Assembly (NCBI GenBank): GCA_020137815.1
Contig: CM035361.1
Span: forward strand, 3,286,001 to 3,350,000
Source: Hormiphora californensis
Taxonomy: Eukaryota; Animalia; Ctenophora
Reading direction: 5' to 3'
DNA length: 64,000 nt
A program made the position numbers and the translations under genes. Below, piece by piece: positions 37,990 through 52,115 of this stretch. Every line of letters begins with the position of its first letter. Within the stretch, counting starts at the first letter, position 1. The notes beneath the pieces were generated by a model that was given only the letters and a program-made list of their open reading frames with translations, was not told the DNA's origin and searched no databases.

Positions 37990-38319
37990 AGTGAGAGAGA
38001 ACAGCAGGGATTTTCACAAAAAGTTATCTGGATACTCCTTGATGGCTAACTAAAACTTTAGTGAAAACCGCATGTCTCTAGCATGTTTTGAAAATCGAGC
38101 TAACACATGCGAGACGCACCATAATGGGCCTATAATGGGCGTAAATTCATATTGTACATGCAGTTACGCCCATTATGGGCCCATTATGGTGCGTCTCGCA
38201 TGTGTTAGCTCAATTTTCAAAAACATGCTAGAGACATGCGGTTTTCACTAAAGTTTTAGTTAGCCATCAAGGAGTATCCAGATAACTTTTTGTGAAAATC
38301 CCTGCTGTTCTCTCTCACT
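37990..38319. mobile_element. 330-bp palindromic MITE with TTAA TSD (Kolobok-like AG..CT ends)
   Basis: TTAA|AGTGAGAGAGAACAGCAGGG...CCCTGCTGTTCTCTCTCACT|TTAA; same 8-bp terminus as the 28556 element. Confidence 0.85.
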
Positions 38320-38930
38320 TTAACAAAGCTCGACGTTTAGTATTTCTTTAAAGAATTTAACAAAGCTCGACGTTTAGTATTTCTAAGAACTAGGAAGAAT
38401 TCTACATGCCCATTATCATGATGTATCTTAGGAGGAGTTGGACACAACGACAACGACAACTGCACGTGTCTAATATAGTTGCATTATATGTTATGTGCAG
38501 ATGCATAGCTTGAAGCAGGAAAACACAAGTTGTCGGGGGTGTTGCTGCTTTCAACAAACTGCGACGTGATGAAAAGGTACTGGACATCGTACTGGACATG
38601 TGGCCAGGAGCAAAAATGTGATGTTATAGAGGCCTTATTGTGAACTGTGAAAATGAACAACATATACATCAACATGAGCTGTGACATGACAAAAGTGTGA
38701 AAATCTTTTAGACTACATGAATTCGCCAGCTTTTGTTTCCCTCCCTCTGTGTGTGTGTGTTTTTCTGGGCAAAGCACAATTCTATTAGAACCAACAAATT
38801 TTCCCGGGTGTTTATACAGGACAGTGCTGACAGACCAAATGCAACATGTGACTTATTACACGGGTAATATATGACAAGTGGGCATGATGCATCAATATAA
38901 ATGATGTTAGTGAAGGTCAATAAATAAGAT

Positions 38931-39023
38931 CAGGAACCGACCGAATCAGGAAATACTGGTCCCTGATCGGCTGATCACCAGTCACGTGACCTGAATAACG
39001 AGTTCTGATTGGTTGTTTACTTG
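38931..39023 (-). mobile_element. hAT-type MITE copy missing one TIR
   Basis: Same family sequence; ATAAGAT on both flanks. Confidence 0.8.
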
Positions 39024-39237
39024 ATAAGATGATTTTAGTGAAGATGTCAAGTAGGTCAAGGAAAATCCAGCTTGTTCTGGTCTTATGAGAGAAACAATAG
39101 AAGACACACACGACTTGAAATTAATATGGCTCACACGTCCATAACACCATGACAAAAGAAGTCTGTTGTCTGCACTGTCAAATTGAATGAATGGTAGAAA
39201 ATCTGAAGTGATTTTATGTAAGAAGAGAGGGAGAGAA

Positions 39238-39308
<71 letters not shown>

Positions 39309-39585
39309 AAAGAGAGAGCTGTGTGACATGTAGAAAATGAGCTAGAAGATGCGAGGACATATCTAGGAACACACACTGTATTAGTGACACGAATTATATC
39401 TTCTAGCTGAGATGCAGAGCTTATTTCAAACTTTATTATGAGTGGGAGAATAAAGAATATACACATTACACGGGGGATTACGGGGAGCTCGAAAGGAGAG
39501 CCCAGATCAATATTTTGGGGTTTGGGTTCGGGCGATTGGTTCGGGGCCACGTAATCCGCTGCCTAACACAGACCACATAAATCAG

Positions 39586-39667
39586 TTGGTAACATAGACA
39601 ACTGGCGCGACCAAGATTGAGCTCACACACAGTGTGCGGGGGTCGCGCCAGGTGTCTATGTCACCAA
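39586..39667. mobile_element. Short derivative of the TTGGTGACATAGACACC MITE family
   Basis: Both TIRs with a short spacer; no TSD seen. Confidence 0.7.
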
Positions 39668-41075
39668 GTACCATCCATGAGACAATTCTTCACATAAACA
39701 TGGCATACAATCCAACGCAATTGAAAGTGGCTGAACAAAGTTGTCATTGCAGGATAAATAATAATTTTAGAATGTGTTAAGTTAAAAGTACAAAGCAAAC
39801 AAGCACGAGGAAAACCTTAAAAACCATAAAAGCCTATAGTGGCAAAACACACACAATGGCAACGCCTACAACACTGCATCACGGCTTGAACCAAAAAAGC
39901 AGTTTATTACATCATGCACGGCAACTTTCTTATGGAGAGAATTATGCAATTTGAAGTGCGACAAATGCCATATGACTCACAACCAGAAGACTCGATTATC
40001 AAATTATCAAAATGAGATTTGAACAAATTCACAGTACTGACATTCGACAGATCTCAAAATCCTAACACCGTCAATTTTCTACTAGTACTATTATTCTCTT
40101 GTTTTCTCTCTCTCTCCCTCACCCTCTCTTTCATTCCCTAAATTTCTAATAGTAGGGAAATTTCAGATCACATGAAGGATCATAGTAATTCTTCTTCTAT
40201 TAAAGTGAAACGTGAGAGAGCAATCATTTCACACATTGCAAAGGTGGATATTTATTCCAAAGGACAACATAAATCGATCCACTAATAATAATGGCTTTAA
40301 TACTGTTAATCGTTTTCACTAGCTCGTATTGAGAGTTTACTAGTAGCGCAGTAGTAACGAGTTGAAGATGATCAACGACGCATTTATTCGAGATCTCTCT
40401 AAAGTATTTTTAAACTTCTTTTACAATACAACTAACAGAGCGTGTTGTATCTAAATAGATACTGTACTAATGTGTCTATAGAAAAACGGAAATAATATCA
40501 TTCATTGGTTTTGATACATGGTAATGATATTCATAACTCTGGTATTTTCAAAAATATATGCTAGCTTAGTCCAAAAGTTAAACATTAATACTGATTTAGT
40601 CCGAATTAAGTTACAACATTATAACGGGTAGGTAATAATACTTACGGTTTAGATAAAGACTGAAGAGAGTCTTGGTAAGACCAGCTGGTGCTGAAACCTT
40701 CCTCTTTATCTGGTTAAACCTGTCATACAGATCATCTTCGTCATTGTTCTCTATCTCTGTGATCATATCCAACTTCCCAATTAGAGTGCCCGCATCTGAA
40801 GAATACAAGGTTGTCATTTCCTAGGTATTAGACAGGTTCCTCTAGGGTCACTGTCAGAGATGAGCGGATGCACTAAATGCACCAAAAACATTCTTTGCCG
40901 AAAATGTTTTGTACCAATTGAATAAAGGGTAAACTGCACTTTTGTGATGGGAACTAGAAGATACAGTCGGACCCCGATTTACCGGAATGCTCAGGGGGGG
41001 GGTTTTGCTCAATAAACCGGGGTGCCCGGCCTAGTATATCGGGGTCCGAAGCTGTACTGCATGCAATACACTCAC

Positions 41076-41946
41076 TCATGGCGGCCCTCTCCCACAATCT
41101 CTTGCCAATAGTGGTACCTAACCGATGTGGTACAATAGGGGCTATGTAGTTGGCAGCGGGGGTAGATCCTTCGTCAGTGATCACGGTCACCGGATTTGGG
41201 GAGACTGTCATGTTTTGACGAGACAATTACAATGTGGAAATGGAAACTAACCTTCTGGACGGTAGGCAACTGAGTGGCGTCGAGTCATATTTTTCGCACG
41301 GGACGGCATCTGCGTCATGGGTGCCACTTGGTCCTGTTAGAGTTTAGGTCAGGGAGAGTGGTGAGATATAGAGAGAGGGGTGAGAGATAGAGAGAGAGAG
41401 AGAGGGAAGAGTGGAGAAAGAGACAAAGACAGTTAGTGGCACAAATGTTTTTTTCGTAGCTGCCAAGAATTCTCAGGAAAGCGTGGTAAAGAAGTTTAGA
41501 CATTTTATAAGTACGTCTACTCAGAAACCACAGAGAGTTTCGAAAAAAAGTTTAAAAAAAGAGATGAAAGAGGAAGATTTGAAGACTGAAATCGATCTTC
41601 AGAAGATATTATGACGAGAAGAAAAAGAGGTAAAAAAGAGGAAGACTGGAAAAGCTTTTAAACATGATATTAGTATCGGATAATTAAATTGTATAGACAC
41701 ACAGTGTTTATACTCATACAATTGAAGATGATTTAATATCGAAAGTGCTTTAACGCCCCCAAACCTACTGTGTGTTCCTTCGACTCCAATCCATTTCACA
41801 TACAATTCACTGACACTTACCATGAGTTCATGTTCTTCATCATCACTTACCATGAGTTCATGTTCCTCGTCATCACTGGAGGGTTCACTAACGGTAGTGC
41901 TGGAGGGCTGACTCAAGCTAGTCTCACTCAGGTTATAACGGCTCAT
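41076..41946 (-). CDS. Hypothetical Ser-rich protein, first three exons (3' part unresolved, possibly continuing at 40820-40646)
   Basis: Exons 41946-41851 (or -41821), 41333-41252 and 41204-41076 are in phase: MSRYNLSETSLSQPSS...DDEEHELM|DQVAPMTQMPSR...RPE|VSPNPVTVITDEGS...LWERAAM. Confidence 0.55.
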
Positions 41947-42869
41947 AGTTTATAGATCTGCAGCAGATGTAGGAACATCAACGAAACAAATTAACAAACA
42001 AATATAATGGGTTGCAAGCATGCTAGTCAAATAAATACCGAATAGATACACAATGCAGCGTTAATCAGTCCAATACCTCAAGGACCCACCAATGTATACA
42101 GTTCGGAAAATCGTGTACAATAATAGTTGTAAAAAGAGAGCCCTACTTCAGGGTGGCAAAAAGGAGAGGGAGAGCATGGATGCAGCTAGACGTGGCAAGT
42201 GAGAAAGATGCTATACACTATGGAGAGTTTAGCTGTATTTTGTTGTATGGAAGGAAAGCATGGATCTCGTGGTGAAGCTGCAGGAAGAATGGAGATTTAT
42301 ACGCGACCATTATATAAACTGAATTTTAACCACCCTGACTACAATTAAACTCAGGTCTTTGAGAAAATCTCTTTTTTCTCTAGCCTGATCCTTCTCTATT
42401 CATCTACATTTCCATGTACTACTTTTCATCTGTACTAATATCTTTCTCTTTTGTCTGTCTACACCTTTTCCATCTCTCCTCGATAGTGTCCCTTTACTTG
42501 GAATTTTTATTCTAACCAAAAACAAAACAGTCATCGGGGTCAAATACTGTTAATTTCCTATATCGGGGGAAGTTTATCCTCCCGGTAAATCGGGGTTCCG
42601 GTAAATCGAGGCCCGGTAAATTGGGGTCCGACTGTACCACTATATTCACAACAACAGTATACCAAAACTATATACCAAAACTATATACATACCACCACTA
42701 TATTCATAACTATACACCAAAACTATATACCACCACTATATATTCACAACAGCAGTATACACATTTCAGTAGGGTAAGGACCGGTGCACTCAGCTCTGTG
42801 TACTGCAGTATCGTGAAAGCCTCAATACACACAACAACACTTAATATGTGCAAACATCTCCAGATCGCT

Positions 42870-44212
42870 GATCCTATCTGTATCTATCTAGTAGCTCGTG
42901 ACTGTATCTAGTATCTAGTGTCTGTATCTAGTATCTATCTAGTAGCTCCTATCTGTATCTATCTATCTGTATCTAGTATCTAGTATCTAGTGTCTGTATC
43001 TAGTATCTATCTAGTAGCTCCTATCTGTATCTATCTCGTATCTGTATCTCGTTACTGTATCTATAATCTAGTATCTAGTATCTGTATCTATCTAGTGTCT
43101 GTATCTATCTAGTGTCTGTATCTATCTAGTGTCTGTATCTATCTAGTGTCTGTATCTCGTGACTGTATCTATCTAATTTTTTTTAGTGTCTGTATCTATC
43201 TAGTATCTGTATCTAGTATCTGTATCTATCTAGTGACTGTATCTATCTAGTGTCTAGTGTATACAAATTAAAAACAACAGCAGTTTTTAAGGTCTATACA
43301 CATGTTTCATGGTGCCCCACGAGGAGGCACCAATCATCAGTAGACAAAGATCAAAATGAGAATGAATTTTTTTTTGGGGGGGAAAAATTATTAAAAAGGA
43401 ATAACAATCAAATTTATGTCTTCTTCCTCTACAGATAGAGCAGGTTGTAGTCCACACTGTCATCAACTCGACAAGGACGCCTTCCTCGGTATCCTCTAAG
43501 ACTGATGATGGTCGTCTTCAACAGGCAAAATGCTAGCCTTTGTCTGAATGAATTGGGATAAAGTATGACTCCTTCATAAAACCAGTCAGTCAAACGTTCC
43601 TAGTTAGAATTAGTAGCTCCATTTCACGTCACATCTTCGTATCTTGGACCTCTAGATTCCCCAGTTTCAAAGTACGTCAACCATTTCCCTTTCTTGGAGT
43701 GTGTAATCTGTATTCCATTTTGATCATTGTTCCTCAAAACCAGACGTCGTACGTGTCCTCAGATCCACAAGAGAGCTCAACCACAAATAAATTGAGGGAG
43801 CATTATAGCGAGTTTAGTAGATTGATGACAAGATAGTGTCTAGTGTATGTATCTATCTAGTGTCTGTATCTAGTATCTCGTGTCTGTATCTAGTATCTAG
43901 TGTCTGTATCTATCTAGTGTCTGTATCTGTATCTATCTAGTGTCTGTATCAATCTAGTGACTGTATCTAGTATCTAGTGACTGTATCTAGTATCTCGTGA
44001 CTGTATCTATCTCGTGACTGTATCTAGTATCTCGTGACCATATCTAGTATCTCGCGACTGTATCTAGTATCTCGTGACTGTATATCTAGTATCTAGTGTA
44101 TCTATCTAGTATCTAGTGACTGTATCTAGTATCTAGTGACTGTATCTAGTATCTAGTGTCTGTATCTATCTAGTGTCTGTATCTATCTAGTATCTCGTGA
44201 CTGTATCTAGTA
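42870..44212. repeat. TATCTAG/TGTCTG satellite in two blocks around a unique ~570-bp spacer
   Basis: Arrays at ~42870-43260 and ~43832-44212. Confidence 0.9.
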
Positions 44213-44584
44213 TAATAATATGTACTGTGTGTTTTTAAATGACTGAGACTGTTCAAATCGACATAGCGTAAAAAGTTGTGAATATTTTGCTCTGAAAGTT
44301 TAGGGCAAGGTACATGGCTACCTGCCATTTATTGTACTTGAATTTCAGCAAAATCGGTCGTTCCTGAATGAACCTGTAGCCCAAAAACCTCCTCTAACTT
44401 TGAGCGCTCAGATCTCTGCAACCTGATGGGGTAGAGAGCTCAAACTTTCACATTATGTTCATTAGACATTTTACAAACTTTTGGCTGCTTGGTTTGGCGA
44501 TATCTTTTTTAGTTCCTTCGCAGGAACACGGCAAAGTGGTGTAACTCGGCCTAATTGAGAGCATTTTTGCCCTTAGGTATCACG

Positions 44585-45144
44585 TATCACGTGTGGTGGT
44601 GGTGGTAATCAGCCCCCAGCCATGTGTTACACCGATTGTGTAATTGGTGCTGAGTGCGGTTAAGCGTGGTGCTTCGTCAGCAGACGTGATCATAGTGTCT
44701 GAAATCGTTGACAAGGTCACGTGACTAGCTGTGGTGCTGAGTGTGGTAGAGCGTGACGCTTCGTCATGACAAGAGAGAGAGAGAGAGAGAGAGATAAAGA
44801 GATCGCAAAAGAAATAGAGAGAAAGGAAGAGAGTCACATCTTCTTCGTCATGACGAGAGTTATACTCAGCAGATAGAGAGAGCGAATTGGTGAAACTATA
44901 GACGTTGTTTTATGTCGAGATGTTCCACAGCTAATCACGTGACCTTGTAACAAAAAAGATAGAGACAGCAGGATGTAAAGGAAGAGAATTAGAAAAATTT
45001 GTCTGGATTTCAGCTTGTCAACGATTTCAGACACTATGATCACGTCTGCTGACGAAGCACCACGCTTAACCGCACTCAGCACCAATTACAAAATCGGTGT
45101 AACACATTGCTTGGGGATGATTACCCCCAGTAAGACACGTGATA
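44585..45144. mobile_element. Inverted-repeat element with ~130-bp arms
   Basis: 44585-44715 is the reverse complement of ~45013-45144. Confidence 0.75.
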
Positions 45145-46140
45145 GAGGGATATCATACGACTCTTACTGAAGTTAGCAGGTGCTGATTGATTTCGCAATC
45201 GCTTACTGGAGTAAGCGACAGGTGCTGACTGTTTTCCAAAATAACTCTTATTTTCTTGTAAGAGATATCAAGAGTAAGAGAATGGTGATTCCATTCTCTT
45301 GTGTGGTAAGCGCCGCTACTTAGCGACGTATAAACTCTTAAAACTCTTAACTGACCGGGGATCACAGCATCTGGTCACGTGAAAGGTCACGTGATAAGTC
45401 CTAGTGCACAGGGATAGCCTGTGACTGCGTACATGTGATCAATAACAGCCAATCAGAATGTGATGCGTGTGTCAGGAACTGGTCAAAGTGATACACAGGA
45501 GTTTGAGTAAGTAGAAGAAAGAACAACGATACCACAAAATCGATCGTTATATATATCACACAGATTGCTTGCGGAGTAATCTCAGTATTACTCACGCGCA
45601 AGCCACAACACCCTTCTCACTCCTTCTGAGGCTCCAAACATCCCTCAAAATACAGACTAACATGACGTCTCTCGCACACCGTCTCCAAGATCAACTCCGA
45701 CTCCACGAACTAACAGTGGGCCGCGCGTGGCGGGAACAGAGCACGCCGCTAAATGCTAACAACTACAACTTTCCATAGAGCTCACCTCAAACTTCGCGCA
45801 CTCACATATCGCGCACACAGCTCTCTCACACAGAGACAGAGACCCCGACAGTCAAACAGATCGCTCTCTCACACACACTGGCTAGGCGTGCTACAACCTG
45901 CCCTGACACTGACAGTCAACCAGCTCTCTCACTGCCCAGACATGGCCACGATCCAACTTGCCAAAACTTGCCTGGCAGACCACCTTTCTCTCTCCACACT
46001 GAATAACTAGACACCACACACAGGCTCTATTATATCATAAAAAGGGGTACAAATGAAGAGCTAAAACTTAACTCAGATATCTAATATCCTCAAACATCTC
46101 CATCTCTGAGATTCTCGCTCTGATCTCTCTCTCTCGTAAC

Positions 46141-47491
46141 CAGGAAGCGACCGAATATTCGGTTCGGTTCGGTTCGGTTCGGAAATTCGGTGTTTTTTGG
46201 GCGGTTCGGTTCGGTTCGGTTCGGTAGGAAATTTTGGCCGAACCACCGAATTTTTTGGTAAAAAAATGCCCAGAAATCGGGCTTTTTCATGCAAAATTTT
46301 TCAATTATTTCACGAAAATTGTATGGATTTCAATGTCAATTTCGCCGTATTAACCCTATTTCGAATTGGTGGTGCTATGTGGAAATGATTTCGCTAGTTA
46401 GCGGGTTCGATATGGATTGATTTGATACCTGACTTCCCGTCGAATCGTGTCCTCATGAGAGGGTCAACAAATTCAGAAAGTGTTTTTTTCAAAAAATTCA
46501 TGGAGAGCACCGATCAAGGTGTTAAGAATCATTCTCTGAAATTTTGTAAAAAAGTTTGGAAAATATTTCAAAGTCAATTTTATGGAAAATTTTCTATGTC
46601 AATTTTTGCGTACGAATCGTGTTTCGAATCGGTATTGCTAAGCGGGAGTGATGTTGCTAATTAGTGGGTCCGAGATGGATTATGCTGATACGTGATCCCC
46701 CATCAAATCTAATTAGGAAGTTTAGGGGAAACGATTCATGTTTCAATAAATCCTGCTAATTAGCGAGAGCACTGCCGCATAGCATCACCGATTCGCATCA
46801 CGATTCGTACGGCAAAATTGACATATAATATTTTTTCCGAAATTGACTTTGAAATATTTTACAAAGTTTTTTCACAAAATTAAATGTTTCTCTAAATATT
46901 CATGGAGAGCATCGATCAAGGTATTGAGAATCATTACCTGAAATTTTGTGAAATTTTTTTTGTGAAAAATATTTTAAGTAAATTATGGTATACGAATCGT
47001 GTTTCTAATCGACAATGCTAAACGGGAGTGATGTTGGTAATTAGTGGGTCCGAGATGGATTGTGCTGGTACGTGATCCCCCATCAAATCTAATTAGGAAA
47101 TTTAGAGAGACACGATTCATGGTTCGTTTAATCCTGCTAATTAGCAATACCATTCCCGTATAGCATTGCCGATTCGAAACACGATTCGTACGCAAAAATT
47201 GACATAGAAAATTTACGATAAAATTGACTTTGAAAATTTTTTCACAAAATTGACTTTGAAATTTTTTCAAACATTTTTTAACAAAATTTCAGAGAATGAT
47301 TCTCGATACCTTGATCGGTGCTCTCCATGACTTTTTAGAGAAACGTTTATACAGAAAAAGTTTTGTATGGTTCGGTTCGGTTCGATTACCGAAATTCGGT
47401 TCGGTTCGGTTCGGTTCGGTTCGGTAAAAAAGTTTTTCAAATTCGGTTCGGTTCGGTTCGGTGGAAAAAAACCCGGTTCGGTCGTTTCCTG
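46141..47491. mobile_element. 1.35-kb non-autonomous hAT element sharing TIRs with the 109-bp MITE
   Basis: CAGGAAGCGACCGAA...TTCGGTCGTTTCCTG; 8-bp TSD CTCGTAAC; (TTCGG)n subterminal arrays; internal direct and inverted modules; no transposase. Confidence 0.9.
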
Positions 47492-47865
47492 CTCGTAACA
47501 CAATTCTACAGTCACAGAGATCTACTGTTTTCAAACATATCTATCTCTGAGATTCTCTGATCTCTCTCTCGCAACTCAATCATTCTCTCTCAGAGATCTG
47601 CTATCATGGACTATCTCAATCTCTCTCGCAACACAATTCTACCTTCATAGAGATTTACTATCCTCGAGTATCTCAATTTCACTCGCATTACAACTCTAGT
47701 CACATCTCTCTCCAAGTCCATATGGTATGGTGACTAAGTTCTTTGATATTGTTCACACAAGGTACACATAACACAAGGTGCTACCTCAACACAATGTCCA
47801 GGTCCACAAAGTCCACAAAACATACAGTCCTTCCAACACACACACAATGAAGGCTGCAGTACATA

Positions 47866-48157
47866 TCCAACCTCCTCAGCACAAGGTAACACAGGACAAT
47901 CCAACCTCTCTCTGCACAAGGTAACACAGGATCTCCAACCTCCTCAGCACAAGGTAACACAGGATCTCCAACCTCCTCAGCACAAGGTACCACAGGATCT
48001 CCAACCTCCTCAGCACAAGGTACCACAGGATCTCCAACCTTTCTCTGCACAAGGTAACACAGGACAATCCAACCTCTCTCTGCACAAGGTAACACAGGAT
48101 CTCCAACCTCCTCAGCACAAGGTACACAGGATAATCCAACCTTCCTCAGCACAAGGT
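47866..48157. repeat. 33-bp minisatellite, ~9 copies
   Basis: TCCAACCTCCTCAGCACAAGGTAACACAGGATC repeated; it runs into a Cys-rich minus-strand open frame at 48141-48354. Confidence 0.9.
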
Positions 48158-48359
48158 TCCTCTGGACTCATTCCACCTCTCTTCTGAGAGTTCCCAGCAC
48201 ACCCTCTCACATCCTCAGGGCTGCTGCAACCCGTGAATCCCACTACAGCACAGGGACCACTTGTACAATTACTAACTGAGTTCTCAGCCACTCCACAACG
48301 TAGGAGGTTACATAACTCAGGTTGTTCCTCGCTCTCCCTCAAGAACCGAACCAACGTCC

Positions 48360-49030
48360 CAACAAACCCGGGCCCCCCAAAAAAAACCCCGGGGGCCCCC
48401 CCCCTTTTTTTTAAAAAATCCCCCCAAAAAAAAAATTTAAAAAACCCCCCCCTTTTTTTTTAAAAAAAGGGAAAAAAAAACCCCCCTTTTAAACCCCAAA
48501 AAACCCCATTTTCCAAAACGGGTTTCCTGGGGAAAAAAAAAACGGGCACCACCCCGGGGGGAAAAAAAAAACCCCCCCCCCCCAAACCCTTGAAAATTTA
48601 AAAACAAAAAAATTTATTTTCCCAATTTTTAGGGGGGTTTAAATTGGGATTTTTTAAACTTTCATCCGCCTTTTTAATTCCCCCAATCGGTTTCCTCCTT
48701 TTCGTTTTCAAAAAACCCCATTGGAAAAACCAAAAAAAAAAAATTTTAAAAAACCCCCAAACCCCCCAACCCCCCCAAAAGAAAAATTTTCCCTAGTCAA
48801 GGGCCCCGGGGGGGCATAAAAATTTTTAAAAAAAGGGTAAAAAAGGGAAATTTTGGGGTTTTTTTGGCTAGGGGGGGTAAAAAAGTGGAAAAGGGGAGAA
48901 AAAAGGAGAGAGAGGAGGAGGAGAAAAGAGAGTTCCATATTTCCCAAAAATAAAAAAAACGATAATTATACTGGTTAATTGGGGTTTAAAACATTGGATC
49001 CCTGCCTTGATAACGAAAAAAGGGGGGCTA
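48360..49030. other. Low-quality homopolymer-rich sequence
   Basis: Almost entirely mononucleotide runs. Confidence 0.85.
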
Positions 49031-49475
49031 AGAGCTGCCAAACACACACTATCTATAAGTTGTATACCCAACACACTGATCTGCACTGTATCTGAAGACG
49101 ATTGTGCCAAATCTCCTGGATAATTCCAATTTCCATGAACAACGAGGGAAATCATATATACGACTCTTACTTAAGCGACAATCTGGATTGTAATTCCTGG
49201 AAGAATGCAGCTATTTCAGCACTCTCTCTCAATTATAGATGTTCTCCTATAATTACCACACTGTTTTGCAAATTAGAGCAATGTTTACCTACTACTACAC
49301 ATGCCAAATCACAAGAGATCTATAACAGCTGCAGAAACCTACTATAATTTGAACACGATTGAAGACCACAAATTGAAACAACTTATTTCACTATTGAAGA
49401 CTACTAAAAATTGCTCATTTCTTTTGTGAAGACCACTAATAAGTTTCTTCTCCGCAAATATACCAGCTGCGCTTA

Positions 49476-50800
49476 TAATCCTTCCAAATCGTGTATAAAA
49501 TTTGACAAAACATAAAATTTATAGGGGCAATGTGAATCCTTCACTAAATGGTGCTACTAGGTCCCCCCTACCACCAAACGGAAGTTTACCAACCAACTCC
49601 ATGGGGGAGGTCTGCTAATTGACCTTAATTGGTCTTAATAGATTTATCCCGTATCTTAAGAACATATCTACCCTTAGAAAGGGAGTTGAGAAAAGCCAAG
49701 GGCACTAAAGTGGTCAGCGTCCTCGCATTAGTGGGGGTAGGTGCTGGAATTAAGTCTCTATCTCATATGGTTAATTAGATAATTAGATAATTAGGTATGC
49801 GCATAGCCGTTTTCTGACCATATGGCTATAGCCACTTGGGTAAGGAGTAGATACAAAATCAAGGGCTCTTAAGTGTGTAGCGTCCTCGCATTAGTGGGGG
49901 TAGGTGCTGAAATTAAGTCTCTATCTCAACTGGTTAATGAGATAATTGGATAATTAGTTTTGCGCATAGCCGTTTTTAGCCATATGGCTATAGCCGTTTA
50001 AGATCAGTTTACAGACTTTTCACTGGTGCCATTTTGTAGGCAATGGCCAAGTTATGGGGGGTCGAAGTCGGACTTTTAAGCTCTATCTTCAACCGTTTAG
50101 CCGTTACTCGGCTATAAAGGTGTTCGAATTCGGGCTTTTTACCGTTTTTTGCTCATTTTGAGCACCTTTAAAGCCGAATAACGGCTAAACGGCTGAAGTT
50201 AGAGCTTAAAAGTCCGACTTCGACCCCCCATAACTTGGCCATTGCCTACAAAATGGCACCAGTGAAAAGTCTGTAAACTGATCTTAAACGGCTATAGCCA
50301 TATGGCTAAGAACGGCTATGCGCAAAACTAATTATCCAATTATCTCATTAACCAGTTGAGATTGAGACTTAATTTTGGCATCTACCCCCACTAATGCGAG
50401 GACGCTACACACTTTAGAGTCCTTGATTTTGTCTCTACTCCTTACCCAAGTGGCTATAGCCATATGGCCAGAAAACGGCTATGCGCATACCTAATTATCT
50501 AATTATCTAATTAACCATATGAGATAGAGACTTAATTCCAGCACCTACCCCCACTAATGCGAGGACGCTGACCACTTTGGTGCCCTTGGTTTTTTCTCAA
50601 CTCCCTTTCTAAGGGTAGATATGTTCTTAAGATACGGGATAAATCTATTAAGACCAATTAAGGTCAATTAGCGGACCTCCCCCATGGAGTTGGTTGGTAA
50701 ACTTCCGTTTGGTGGTAGGGGGGACCTAGTAGCACCATTTAGTGAAGGATTCACATTGCCCCTATAAATTTTATGTTCAAAGCACGATTTGGAAGGATTA
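49476..50800. mobile_element. ~1.3-kb foldback element related to 17881-18865
   Basis: Arms pair to the centre (~50140). Same loop CGGGCTTTTTACCGTTTTTTGCTCATTTTGA; the GCGTCCTCGCATTAGTGG module occurs twice per arm. Confidence 0.9.
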
Positions 50801-52038
50801 TTAATGGGTAACTGGTAGACACTACTACACGCTCATCTGCACATATATTAGGCGAACAAAATGGTATGTAATTGCAGGGGAAGTTATAACAGTTAAAAAC
50901 GAAAGAAAAAGTTATTCATTAACTGATGATCATCTCATTTAATTAAACTCTTCCATTTCCCCGGCCTGGTCGCTTTCTACCAGATGATATCACATCAATT
51001 TCTGTAATTTGGCCACCACCTATAACTCTGTGTAAATTAAAAACTACTACAATTCGAGTGTTGTAATTATACGGTTTAGTTCTGTGAAGCATCAACCGTA
51101 TTGAGTGCTATTATCGCTGCTTGTCACATCCAATAGTCGGACTGCAACATGGTTCGAGAAATAGCCGCGCTGACGTCGAAAAAAAAAAGAGAAGCATCAA
51201 CATTCATCTACATACCCCTCTAGGATATAGGGAGCCTTAGATTCGAATATTACGATCTGTTATAGATGCCGAGGGAATCTATGCGAATACGATGACATAG
51301 CACGTGCCCAATCTTATCCCCCCTCTATTCGATCTATCTATCACAAGCACGGGTCTCTATAGTCAATAACGTGATCGGTCTATCATATATAACGTTCCTC
51401 AAGGACTCTCTGAGCTTTCTCTCTCTCTATCTCTCTCATTCTCTCTCTATCTCTCTCCCTCCCTCCCTTTCTCATTATCTCTCATCTCATTCTCCTATCG
51501 ACATATCTCTTATGAGGACTCTAATTATAACAGGTGATCTAACAATTATATAGATGGAAGGGAGGGGGCCTTTATTACCCTCGGCCTTGTGATTCAGTTG
51601 GTATCGAAGACACCTCACACGCTGGCAAGGGGTAACTTCGTAACCAAGTGATTCAGAGAGGAATAAGATTCAATAAATCATATATGTTGTAATAACTTGT
51701 CATTATACGGATACTCTGTCAGAGCATTGGCCTGACAGCGGAGCACGCGAGAACTGTGGTCAGAGCATTGGCCTGACAGCGGATACTTGTCATTATACGG
51801 ATCTATAGGTATTTATCAAATATCTTGACCGTATTAAAAGTATTTTTTGTAGTCAAGCAGTTGACAGACGGCCATGTCAAAAAGCAAATACTGAATCGTG
51901 GAAGAGGTATTGAAGAATTAAGTGCAAACAACCAAACAATCTAACCAACAATCGGTACGAGTTTACTTTGAAGAAGTAGATTCTCTCTTTCTCCGGCCTC
52001 TCTTTCTCTCTCCTATCTCTCTCCTTCTATCTCTCTGA

Positions 52039-52115
<77 letters not shown>

